A stretch of DNA of 64,000 bases from NCBI RefSeq assembly GCF_006345805.1, contig NC_043004.1, positions 21,948,001 through 22,012,000 of the forward strand, in the 5' to 3' direction. Below, piece after piece: positions 29,033 to 40,294 of the stretch. Numbering within the stretch: the first letter of the stretch is position 1; each line of letters begins with the position of its first letter. The position numbers and the translations under genes are program-made. This DNA comes from Octopus sinensis. Taxonomy: Eukaryota. Below the pieces are notes generated by a model. That model saw nothing but the letters and a program-made list of their open reading frames with translations. It was not told where the DNA came from and made no database searches.

Positions 29033-31179
29033 TAAAAAATAAAACATGCATATATACATACATATATAATTCATTTGAGAGCTGAGTACATTGTATATAT
29101 ATATATATATATACATCCTTGGTTGAGAATTCTATATCTTATACACACAAACACATTCATACAAACATGGAGATATGCAGCAGGTGGTTTGCGTTTGCTG
29201 TTAACAATGAAATTTTCATAATGAAAATTTAAACAGGAAATATGTTATTTTACAAAAAATTTCATTATCACTTTTAATATTCACTTATGGAGTTTTTAAT
29301 ATTGCAATCGAATCGATAGCATTTTAAGATATCAGAAGAAAACATCAGCTTGTTTGTTTAATATCACAGATATTTTTCTAAAATTTATTTCTTAGCCGCA
29401 ATCAGATATACTTTCTCTCCATATTGCGCTTGAAGATTCACGCAATTCCCTAGGATATTTATTAATCTTTATAAATTCTTTGTGTTAATATTCTATGTAA
29501 TTTCGCATAAAATAGAAAAATATGTTTTGTTCGAATGAGGTTTAGCGATTTGTACTTTTAAAGTCTTGGTAAATGACGCTGAATGTTAATCTGGATTTGT
29601 GTCTCCTTACGTTACAGAAACTTATCTAAATATAATGACGTTTCTAAAGTCATGATCAACAAAACTATCAGGCTTACCTTTCTTGGCTTCCTGTCTTACT
29701 CCGCTCAACATTATTTAAATATAGAATGTTTGGCTTCTTTAGGTATAGAATGCCGCCTTTTTAACTAGAAATTCTTCGTTATCCTTCATAACCGTGAGTG
29801 ATTCTTTATTCTGCTTAGACGAAAATATGCACATTTTGTTCTGGTGTTAATTGTACGAAGATGTTAAATATGCACGTGATATTGCAGTCGTGTCGCTTAC
29901 ATCACTACATAAACTATGTTCATGTTATAACGACTCAATAATTTCAAACCTATAAGTAACAGAACCCACTCAGATTTAGCACTACTGTCTTAAAAAGGAA
30001 CACATAATATAGTGATCTTCGAGATGCAATATGTCTAAACATGTGTTGTTTGTCCTGAAACAAATGACGTTGTGAACAAGCGAACACCAGTAACCAATCT
30101 CGAAAAAGGCTAAACCTGTGCAGAATGAGAAGGAATAAACTGTATTTTGAGTGGCTATATAATTATGAGCTGCAGGTCAGTTGATGATATCAAGTACATA
30201 CGGTATCTATGAACTATGTTTGCTTTATTTCACACGGTAGACATGTGAAATAATTATTTGATTAATCTGCCATAATTTCAGTCAAGTAAGTCTAGTTAAC
30301 TTTATGCTCCGTTATTATTCCAAAATGTGGTCAAAATTATTCTGTTGTCTTTCACGAACACAGCTGTGTCAGTTGTCTGTTACTAAAAAAAAATTACATT
30401 TGTTCTCTTCTTCCTCCTTCTGCATCGACATCATTACAATCCATTCTGTACTTAATATGTTAGAATTACAAGGGAAATGTCATGGAAATAAGTTATATTA
30501 AACTGACACAGCATCATGACCATAGTATTATAATTGAAGGCAGTTTCCAAAAGAACTATTTAAGCACTTTAGGATTTGACTTCAACATCCTGATGAGGTT
30601 TACATGAGCATTCCTCTACTCTGGCTCGATAAATAAATTGTCAATACAGAGGAATGGATTGCAAGAATTGTTAGTGCATCAAATATAATATTTTACAGTA
30701 TCTTAACGTCCAAATTTCTAGTTAAACAAATTCTACATTAAGCGTGAAGGAAAAAAATTGCTGGGAAAAGTCGATATTGATTTCGTTGTAAAAATAGAAA
30801 GAGAGAGAGAAAGAGAGAGAGAGGTGGGGGATAACTGAATACATCTATAATTAACACGTGTATGTAAGAAGCATATTTATCATTTGTCATTTATGCATAA
30901 CAAGAGCAATACTGAACGAGATGTACAACAAAAGTTGTAGTCTATATCTAAGGAAGCGTAACGATTAGGAGCTTCGTATCCTTGATAATGACATGTTTCA
31001 TAAGCAAGCTCTGTGTCCCCACACATATATAATCTATACAAAAAATTTTTCTTCCGGAACTTGCACAGTAGGGAAGGGGTTTTCCATGTTTCGTGTAAAC
31101 GAAAGTGTCACACATTTATTTGAATCACGGCTGCTTCATTGGATTCCAGCGTACAAATATCTATCTTTCTGCATATATC

Positions 31180-31221
<42 letters not shown>

Positions 31222-31231
31222 TGTGTGTGTA

Positions 31232-31267
<36 letters not shown>

Positions 31268-32486
31268 CATATATATCTGTGTGATTGTGTGTGTATGGGC
31301 ATTTGAAAAGAGTATAGTTTTAATTTCAAAAACAATATATTACAGACATGACTATGTAAACTTTTGATAACTTCTCCATTCAAGATCTTTTACGTTTCCT
31401 TATTAATACTTTATTTGAATTTGGAGCAACAGCATTCCTAAATCCATATGTAACCTATAGTTTCGAAACCTTTACAGTAGCAACAACAGAATAAAAAGTA
31501 CTCCCATTGTGCGCTTCTTAGAAATTCGAAGTGTGATATAGGGGCAGTGATAAAAAGCCAGAAAATAGACCATCAAATGAATATCAAAATATGCATTGCA
31601 ATTAAAAGAAACTTGTACAGCCATTTTGAAAACTCAATTTTAAGCCCATTGACGTATATGTCTTTTCGCTATTCTCTGATATACGCGTTGTGCTTGGAAA
31701 TATTTCATTCCGTTTTCTGGGACATCACATTTGAGCCGGCCATCGAAACTATTAAACAGTTGGAATTCTTGGAAGTTTCTGATTTTGCAGTCATTATAAC
31801 AGAAATACCAGCATGATCATTAAGACTTACCCCCACCCTCCCATTTATGTGCTTTATTGTTTTTAACATGACTTCGAATTTGTTGGATACTCTTTCGTAT
31901 TTTGGAATCCTGTATATTAGTATTGCGGGATTTTATCGTTCCGACCATAGCATTCAATCTATATGAATATATATGGTTTGTATTTTATCTTTTAATCTTT
32001 TAATATGACATTTTATCGACCAGGATATAATATACATATATAATATCTTCTATCTTATTCTGCTTTGTTTTGTCAGTCATTTATAAAAAATTTTATCGAT
32101 ACTATCATGAATTGATTTATTCTGATTCTTTTTTTCACAACTCTATGCATATATATTTATTTTATATGATCTCCCATATATGAAATTAAATTTGGTCCGT
32201 TTCATTTGGTGGCATTCTTTTTTGTGTGCCTTTGTTTGGTCTTTTACTGATTTGGTCTTTTACCACTTTCTTATATTTTAAGTCTCTGTTTATTTAGTTT
32301 TCCTATTGTATTCCTTCTAATGGCTTCCAGTCATTCCACGTGCTTATGGATATCCACGTTAGGGACATGGTTTCAGTATCATCATTCAATATCTTTTCTC
32401 TCATTCAATTTTACATACTGTTTTTCTTTGATATTTCTCTCTTCTTCCTTCCCCCACATTTCCTCTTACCAATATGCATTTCCTTT

Positions 32487-32724
32487 GAGGCGGCGAGTTG
32501 GCAGAATCGTTAGCACGCCGGGCGAAATGCTTAGCGGACAAACAAGGACAGACAAACGGATTAAGTCGATTATATCGACCCCAGTGCGTAACTGGTACTT
32601 ATTTAATCGACCCCGAAAGAATGAAAGGCAAAATCGACCTAGGCGGAATTTGAACTCAGAACGTAGCAGCAGCCGAAATACCGCTAAGCATTCCATTCTA
32701 ACGATTCTGCCAGCTCGCCGCCTT
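32487..32724. mobile_element. Composite SINE: plus-strand head fused to a minus-strand copy
   Basis: GAGGCGGCGAGTTGGCAGAATCGTTAGCACGCCGGGCGAAATGCTTAGCGG| is followed by the reverse complement of a young SINE body and head ending CTGCCAGCTCGCCGCCTT. Confidence 0.85.
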
Positions 32725-32804
32725 ATATAAATCCTAACATTGTTCAAAACATTCCTTATTATTTGATGATCTTCTACATGAAAAAGCTTTGTAACATAAA
32801 AATA

Positions 32805-33052
32805 AATGCGCCCTTTTTAAAGCCAGGCTCATGGACCCAGTTTCCCGGTTTCTATGGTGTATGTGTTTCTCAGCTGGATGGGACGCCAGTCCATTGCAGC
32901 GTTACTCGTTTTATCCAGCTGAGTGGATTGGAGCAACGTGAAAGGAAGCGTGTTTTGCTCAAGAACGCAACGCGTCGCCCGGTCCAGGAATCGAAGCCAC
33001 AATCTTACGATCATGATGCTGACACCCTAACCACTAAGCCACGCGGCTCCAC
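32805..33052 (-). mobile_element. tRNA-derived SINE (same family as 16517)
   Basis: Reverse complement aligns to 16517-16770 over its full length. Confidence 0.85.
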
Positions 33053-33281
33053 ACTTTGTAATATAGCACCGGTTTACTTTGACATTCGAGTGCTATTTTT
33101 CGCCAACTTGTTTAGTACATATGTGGTCACATGTATATCCAGAAATCTTCCTCTATCTTTCTCTCTTTCCTTTTCCCTCTCTGCTTCTCTCCTCTCTCTC
33201 TCTCCCTCATATATGTGTGCGTATGCATACATATATACATATATGTCTGTAGGTATACATATACATATATGTGAAGGCGCA

Positions 33282-33535
33282 AGTTCTTGAGTTCAATTCC
33301 TGGCCATGCGTTGTATCCATGATTGAGACACTTTCTTTCACGTTGATCTAGTTCATTTAGCCGGCAAATATGAGTAGTACCTATATTTCAAAAGCCAACC
33401 TTGTCACAATCTGTGTCACGCTTAACCTTCCTGTGAAATACGTTACAGGAACGTGAGTCATTGGAGTGCTCAGCCACTTGCACGCTAGTTTCACGAGCAA
33501 GCTACTCCGTTGATCAGATAAGCTGGCACTCCCTC
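33282..33535 (+). mobile_element. SINE sharing its 3' domain with 48945-49300
   Basis: CCTTGTCACAATCTGTGTCACGC...GGAGTGCTCAGCCACTTGCACG..TTTCACGAGCA, homologous to the reverse complement of 48985-49095. Confidence 0.7.
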
Positions 33536-33553
33536 GGTTATACACACACACAT

Positions 33554-33630
<77 letters not shown>

Positions 33631-33633
<3 letters not shown>

Positions 33634-34254
33634 GAAAGAAGGTTTGAAACTGCAATTTAAAAGATGTTTATTTACTTTACCGGTTTCACTCTTTGGAAAA
33701 ACATTGTCAAAAGTAACATGTAGAAGTTTGGTTGCGTTAATTATTGGTTGTTACAAATTGCTACATTACATAGTCTTTGTAACAGGGACATGTTAAGGGC
33801 ATAACAAAGGTCAACAGGTTCCTTAAAATATTGGGCACAAAAGATTACTACATAAATAATCGTTCTCAAGGAGATGCTTAAGATAGTTTCCAGAAGGAAT
33901 TGATATTGGTATTGGTATTGTATCTGTATATTCAAAGATGCACAGAATATACAGATACAATACCAATACCAATATCAATTCTTTCTGGAAACTAGCTTAA
34001 GCATCTCCTTGAGAACGATTATTTATGTAGTAATATTTTGTGCCCAATATTTTAAGGAACCAGTTGAACTTGTTTATGTCCTTAACATCTCCCTGTTACC
34101 AAATACTGTATATATGTAATGTAGCAATTTGTAACAACCAATAATTAACGCAATCAAACTTCTACATGTTACTTTTGACAATCTTTTTCCAAAGAGTGAA
34201 ACCGGTAAAGTAAATAAACATCTTTTAAATTGCATTTTCAAACCTTCTTTCGTA
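33631..34254. repeat. ~620-bp palindrome / foldback element (arms ~305 bp, 11-nt spacer)
   Basis: Arm 33631-33933 is the reverse complement of 33945-34254 apart from about a dozen substitutions and one small indel (manual alignment). Spacer is AAAGATGCACA. Both ends fall in TA runs. Confidence 0.95.
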
Positions 34255-34364
34255 TATAATTCCACTCGTGCAGTATCCCACAACTCCACTTTGTTATATA
34301 TATATATATATATATATATCCTTACATATATATCTGTAAAATGATATGTGACAATTATTCGGTA

Positions 34365-34434
34365 GCCAAGATAAAACTCTGAGTTTCGGATGCCGAGGTG
34401 GAAATCCACACCACCATCTCTTAGGTTATCTGGC
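34365..34434 (-). ncRNA. Degenerate hammerhead-like motif (second family); duplicate at 37129-37198
   Basis: GCCA-GATAA-CCTAAGA-GATG...CATC-C-GAAA-CTCAGAG-TT-TTATC-T-TGGC. Helix I, helix II, GAAA and a near-palindromic helix III are present, but the CUGANGA box is mutated. Confidence 0.4.
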
Positions 34435-35103
34435 CATCTGAAAAACGCTATGAAAAAAGACCGTTATACAAAGGGAACTTACTGTGTTATAGTCCGCTAC
34501 TACTACACAAGCGCTAATTCGAATGACTGCTAATTAAGATAAGGTTAAAAGTTCATAGAGATCACGTAAGTTTGCCTATTTATACGTACACATGTGCACT
34601 CGGGCACCCACGTGCGTACATATACATCACTATGAAAACGTAAACATCTTCACTAGCATTTTTCGACAAATGTATATGCATATATATACAAACTCTCACA
34701 CACACGCGCGCACCGTAAAAGTTCATACATACGTCTACATACGCACAAGCACAAGAAAAAAAACAGGGTTAAGGGTAACAATACAGACAAAAAGACATAA
34801 GGAAGTATACAAAGAGTAAACCACGTTCATATACGGGCATGCCCTTATACATGCACACACACACACACGCCCATATATGTACATATCCGCACACGTCTAT
34901 ATACGCATACACACACGCACGCACAAAGAGGATTATACATACGCCCAAAAGAAAAAAGGGGAAAATTGTAAAAATACTGAGTAAAAACGTATATATATAT
35001 ATATAACGGGAAGCTTTATGAAAATAGACAAAAGACGAAGGCAGGTGGAAAACAAACAAACAATTGTATTAGTATGGCGCTCAGGAAATATAAATAAAAC
35101 AAG

Positions 35104-35141
35104 TCTTTAACGTTTCGAGCCTACGCTCTTCAACAGAAAGA
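35104..35141 (-). ncRNA. Minimal hammerhead ribozyme variant in PLE pLTR
   Basis: TCTTT-CTGTTGA-A-GAGC(GTAG)GCTC-GAAA-CG-TT-AAAGA. Position 6 is U rather than the canonical A. Confidence 0.6.
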
Positions 35142-35309
35142 TACACAGAGAGAAAAAAAACACAGAAAGAAGGAGAGAAAAAAAATGCGTGCAGTAACTA
35201 ACGAATCAACATGGCGATCTGATTTCGGCCAGAGTCAAAGATCAAACATGAGACGCGAGAGCGAAATAAGGGGAGATAATAGGGTTGATAATAGGGTTGA
35301 ATGACCAGC

Positions 35310-35690
35310 TATTAGTGCGTAGGAGGGGTCTGGACGTGTGTATGTATAGGTTGGTGTATGTATTAGTATGTATTAGTATGTATAAGGGTGTGTGTGTGTG
35401 TGGTGTGTGTGTGTGTGTGTGTGTGTATGAGAGAGTATTAGTGCGTAGATAGGTCTGGACGTGCGTATGTATGGGGTTGGTGTATGTATTAGTATGTATT
35501 AGTATGTATTAGTACGTATTAGTATGTATAAGTGTGTGTGTGTGTGTATGAGAGAGTATAAGTGCGTATGAGGGGTCTGGACGTGTGTATGTATATGGTT
35601 GGTGTATGTATTAGTATGTATTAGTATGTATTAGTACGTATTAGTATGTATTAGTTGGTGTATGTATTAGTATGGCACATCATATATGAT
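35310..35690. repeat. 3 x ~120-bp units containing TATTAGTATG decamer arrays (copy 2 at ~38075-38430)
   Basis: TCTGGACGTG recurs at about 35330, 35455 and 35576, with many TATTAGTATG copies. Confidence 0.9.
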
Positions 35691-36992
35691 GTGATGTGTA
35701 AAGTCGTGTGGTGTAGTGAGGAGAAGAGGGGAGGGGAGAAGAGGGGGGAGGAGAAGGGGAGGGGAAGAAGATGGGAGGACAGGGGGGAAGAGGAGAGGAG
35801 GGGGAGAAGGAAGGGGAGGGAAAGAAGGAAGGGGGAGGAGGGGGAGGAAGGAGGAAAGAGGGAGAGGGGGAGAGAGAAGGGGAGTGAGGGAGCAGAGGGA
35901 AGGGGAAGAGGGAAGGAGGGAGGGAGAAAGAGGGAAGAAGGGAAGGGGAGGAGGGATGAAAGGACGAAGGACTGAAGAAGTAGGGGTCGGGGGGAAGGAT
36001 AGGTGAGGAGGGGGAGAGGGGGGGTTAGATGAGGAGGGGGGAGAGTTGAGACCAAATGGCGTATAAGAGCGAAGAGAGAAGATTAATTCCTGTTCACGGC
36101 GCAAACGGGAATCCGGATGGCCTCTGTGTAAGGACAAACCGAACACAGATAGGTGTTGCAAGGAGTGACCGGTGGAGCGGAAATGGCGTGAGACCGGTGT
36201 GTCGTTCGCAAGGTGGATGTCACGAAGGTGTTCCGCATATATATATATATATATAAATTCTTATGCCCGCACACACGCACACATCTATATACAAAAATAA
36301 CCGCACACTCGTACATATCAACACACGTGTACAAATGAATCCATATACACGTCTATGTGGAAAAATTGTTTTTCACAATTTCGGAGTGTACTGACCTTAT
36401 TTAGTGCATGACTTATGGCCCATCCTGTATAATTAGAATAAAACCAAGAAGTGAAAAAGTACTGTTCGGATATGACTGAGATTCGTTACTTAGTGTTGCG
36501 TGTTGAGGTGGTGTAAGCGAAAGAAAATTAAATATCATAAGTTTGATTTAATAATAACCTCATCAAATCATGATTCTGATTTTGTGTAGACTGAAATGGA
36601 AGGGTGTAACCATTTCACTCATCCTCTTCCATAGATAGAATTTTACTGGGAAAGAATCACAAAATTGTTAGGTGAAAAGCAAAATAATATCGGTTCAGTA
36701 GTTACAGCAACCATAATCTTCATACCGATATGGAAGATGCAAAGAATTTCTATATTTAATTGGATCCTCTCTTGGATGATGTAGGAGAAAATCTACATGA
36801 TGATCTACAAGAATAAAAAATTTAGAAGAAATGAATATAAAAGGAAGATACTGAGAGAATGTTTTAATGCAAGGAAGCTTCAATATAGGATATTTTTCAA
36901 GCGCGTTTAGAAATTTCCTAATGTAGTCAAAATTAATTCAAAGCATTATTATTTACACATACATACATACATACATACATACATACAGTCAT

Positions 36993-37070
<78 letters not shown>

Positions 37071-37768
37071 TATATATATATATCCTTACATATATATCTG
37101 TAAAATGATATGTGACAATTATTCGGTAGCCAAGATAAAACTCTGAGTTTCGGATGCCGAGGTGGAAATCCACACCACCATCTCTTAGGTTATCTGGCCA
37201 TCTGAAAAACGCTATGAAAAAAGACCGTTATACAAAGGGAACTTACTGTGTTATAGTCCGCTACTACTACACAAGCGCTAATTCGAATGACTGCTAATTA
37301 AGATAAGGTTAAAAGTTCATAGAGATCACGTAAGTTTGCCTATTTATACGTACACATGTGCACTCGGGCACCCACGTGCGTACATATACATCACTATGAA
37401 AACGTAAACATCTTCACTAGCATTTTTCGACAAATGTATATGCATATATATACAAACTCTCACACACACGCGCGCACCGTAAAAGTTCATACATACGTCT
37501 ACATACGCACAAGCACAAGAAAAAAAACAGGGTTAAGGGTAACAATACAGACAAAAAGACATAAGGAAGTATACAAAGAGTAAACCACGTTCATATACGG
37601 GCATGCCCTTATACATGCACACACACACACACGCCCATATATGTACATATCCGCACACGTCTATATACGCATACACACACGCACGCACAAAGAGGATTAT
37701 ACATACGCCCAAAAGAAAAAAGGGGAAAATTGTAAAAATACTGAGTAAAAACGTATATATATATATAT

Positions 37769-38992
37769 AACGGGAAGCTTTATGAAAATAGACAAAAGAC
37801 GAAGGCAGGTGGAAAACAAACAAACATTGTATTAGTATGGCGCTCAGGAAATATAAATAAAACAAGTCTTTAACGTTTCGAGCCTACGCTCTTCAACAGA
37901 AAGATACACAGAGAGAAAAAAAACACAGAAAGAAGGAGAGAAAAAAAATGCGTGCAGTAACTAACGAATCAACATGGCGATCTGATTTCGGCCAGAGGTC
38001 AAAGATCAAACATGAGACGCGAGAGCGAAATAAGGGGAGATAATAGGGTTGATAATAGGGTTGAATGACCAGCTATTAGTGCGTAGGAGGGGTCTGGACG
38101 TGTGTATGTATAGGGTTGGTGTATGTATTAGTATGTATTAGTATGTATAAGGGTGTGTGTGTGTGTGTGGTGTGTGTGTGTATGAGAGAGTATTAGTGCG
38201 TAGGATAGGTCTGGACGTGCGTATGTATGGGGTTGGTGTATGTATTAGTATGTATTAGTATGTATTAGTACGTATTAGTATGTATAAGTGTGTGTGTGTG
38301 TGTATGAGAGAGTATAAGTGCGTATGAGGGGTCTGGACGTGTGTATGTATATGGTTGGTGTATGTATTAGTATGTATTAGTATGTATTAGTACGTATTAG
38401 TATGTATTAGTTGGTGTATGTATTAGTATGGCACATCATATATGATGTGATGTGTAAAGTCGTGTGGTGTAGTGAGGAGAAGAGGGGAGGGGAGAAGAGG
38501 GGGGAGGAGAAGGGGAGGGGAAGAAGATGGGAGGACAGGGGGGAAGAGGAGAGGAGGGGGAGAAGGAAGGGGAGGGAAAGAAGGAAGGGGGAGGAGGGGG
38601 AGGAAGGAGGAAAGAGGGAGAGGGGGAGAGAGAAGGGGAGTGAGGGAGCAGAGGGAAGGGGAAGAGGGAAGGAGGGAGGGAGAAAGAGGGAAGAAGGGAA
38701 GGGGAGGAGGGATGAAAGGACGAAGGACTGAAGAAGTAGGGGTCGGGGGGAAGGATAGGTGAGGAGGGGGAGAGGGGGGGTTAGATGAGGAGGGGGGAGA
38801 GTTGAGACCAAATGGCGTATAAGAGCGAAGAGAGAAGATTAATTCCTGTTCACGGCGCAAACGGGAATCCGGATGGCCTCTGTGTAAGGACAAACCGAAC
38901 ACAGATAGGTGTTGCAAGGAGTGACCGGTGGAGCGGAAATGGCGTGAGACCGGTGTGTCGTTCGCAAGGTGGATGTCACGAAGGTGTTCCGC
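37769..38992 (-). mobile_element. 5'-truncated Penelope-like retroelement, copy 2
   Basis: Same EN peptide at 38992->38801, contained in ORF 38423..39082. Confidence 0.85.
37867..37904 (-). ncRNA. Minimal hammerhead ribozyme variant in PLE pLTR, copy 2
   Basis: Identical to 35104-35141. Confidence 0.6.
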
Positions 38993-39761
38993 ATATATAT
39001 ATATATATATATAAATTCTTATGCCCGCACACACGCACACATCTATATACAAAAATAACCGCACACTCGTACATATCAACACACGTGTACAAATGAATCC
39101 ATATACACGTCTATGTGGAAAAATTGTTTTTCACAATTTCGGAGTGTACTGACCTTATTTAGTGCATGACTTATGGCCCATCCTGTATAATTAGAATAAA
39201 ACCAAGAAGTGAAAAAGTACTGTTCGGATATGACTGAGATTCGTTACTTAGTGTTGCGTGTTGAGGTGGTGTAAGCGAAAGAAAATTAAATATCATAAGT
39301 TTGATTTAATAATAACCTCATCAAATCATGATTCTGATTTTGTGTAGACTGAAATGGAAGGGTGTAACCATTTCACTCATCCTCTTCCATAGATAGAATT
39401 TTACTGGGAAAGAATCACAAAATTGTTAGGTGAAAAGCAAAATAATATCGGTTCAGTAGTTACAGCAACCATAATCTTCATACCGATATGGAAGATGCAA
39501 AGAATTTCTATATTTAATTGGATCCTCTCTTGGATGATGTAGGAGAAAATCTACATGATGATCTACAAGAATAAAAAATTTAGAAGAAATGAATATAAAA
39601 GGAAGATACTGAGAGAATGTTTTAATGCAAGGAAGCTTCAATATAGGATATTTTTCAAGCGCGTTTAGAAATTTCCTAATGTAGTCAAAATTAATTCAAA
39701 GCATTATTATTTACACATACATACATACATACATACATACATACAGTCATACATACACACA

Positions 39762-39840
<79 letters not shown>

Positions 39841-40251
39841 ATATAAATATGTGTGTACATGTGCGCACGTGCGCGGATGGGTGAACGGCTAAATAAATGC
39901 TCAAATATGAAAGTGGTTGTTAAATATTTAATGAGGATTAAGCAAATAATAAAACAAATCTCAACATTTAAAACTTGACAGTTGAATGATAAAACTTTAA
40001 ATGATGTTATGAAATTTCGTCTCGGAATAATGTAAGATGAAATGTTAACAGCGTTCCCATATCGCTGATAGCTTATTGAATAAATAAGTACACAAGATAT
40101 TTTATATGTTAACACTGTAAACATATCAAGCATAGAACGAGCAGTATGTAATGCATATAAATATACGTGCATATAGGACGAGATTTCTTCTTCGCAAATT
40201 AAATTTTATAACGTGGAATGATAACATACGAAGGAGATGCATGCACACTTA

Positions 40252-40290
<39 letters not shown>

Positions 40291-40294
40291 GTAT

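Larger units (their letters stand above)
35005..36236 (-). mobile_element. 5'-truncated Penelope-like retroelement (EN C-terminus, CT-rich tract, tandem repeats, pLTR), copy 1
   Basis: 36236->36045 translates AEHLRDIHLANDTPVSRHFRSTGHSLQHLSVFGLSLHRGHPDSRLRREQELIFSLRSYTPFGLN, the typical PLE GIY-YIG C-terminus (EH..., PV..HF...H, EQ.LIF.L....P.GLN). Both ends abut (TA)n. Confidence 0.85.
34300..39845. repeat. Direct tandem duplication, two copies of ~2.76 kb
   Basis: CCTTACATATATATCTG occurs at 34320 and 37084 (period 2764), and ORFs in the track are duplicated. The differences I see are microsatellite lengths and 1-bp indels. Boundaries lie in (CA)n/(TA)n. Confidence 0.95.

Noticed and set aside
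35651-36055. Pro/Leu/Ser-rich and Gly/Arg/Glu-rich ORFs (and duplicates at 38407-38811)
   Set aside because: They come from the purine/pyrimidine tract. Only the 64-aa GIY-YIG C-terminal part of the overlapping ORF is meaningful.
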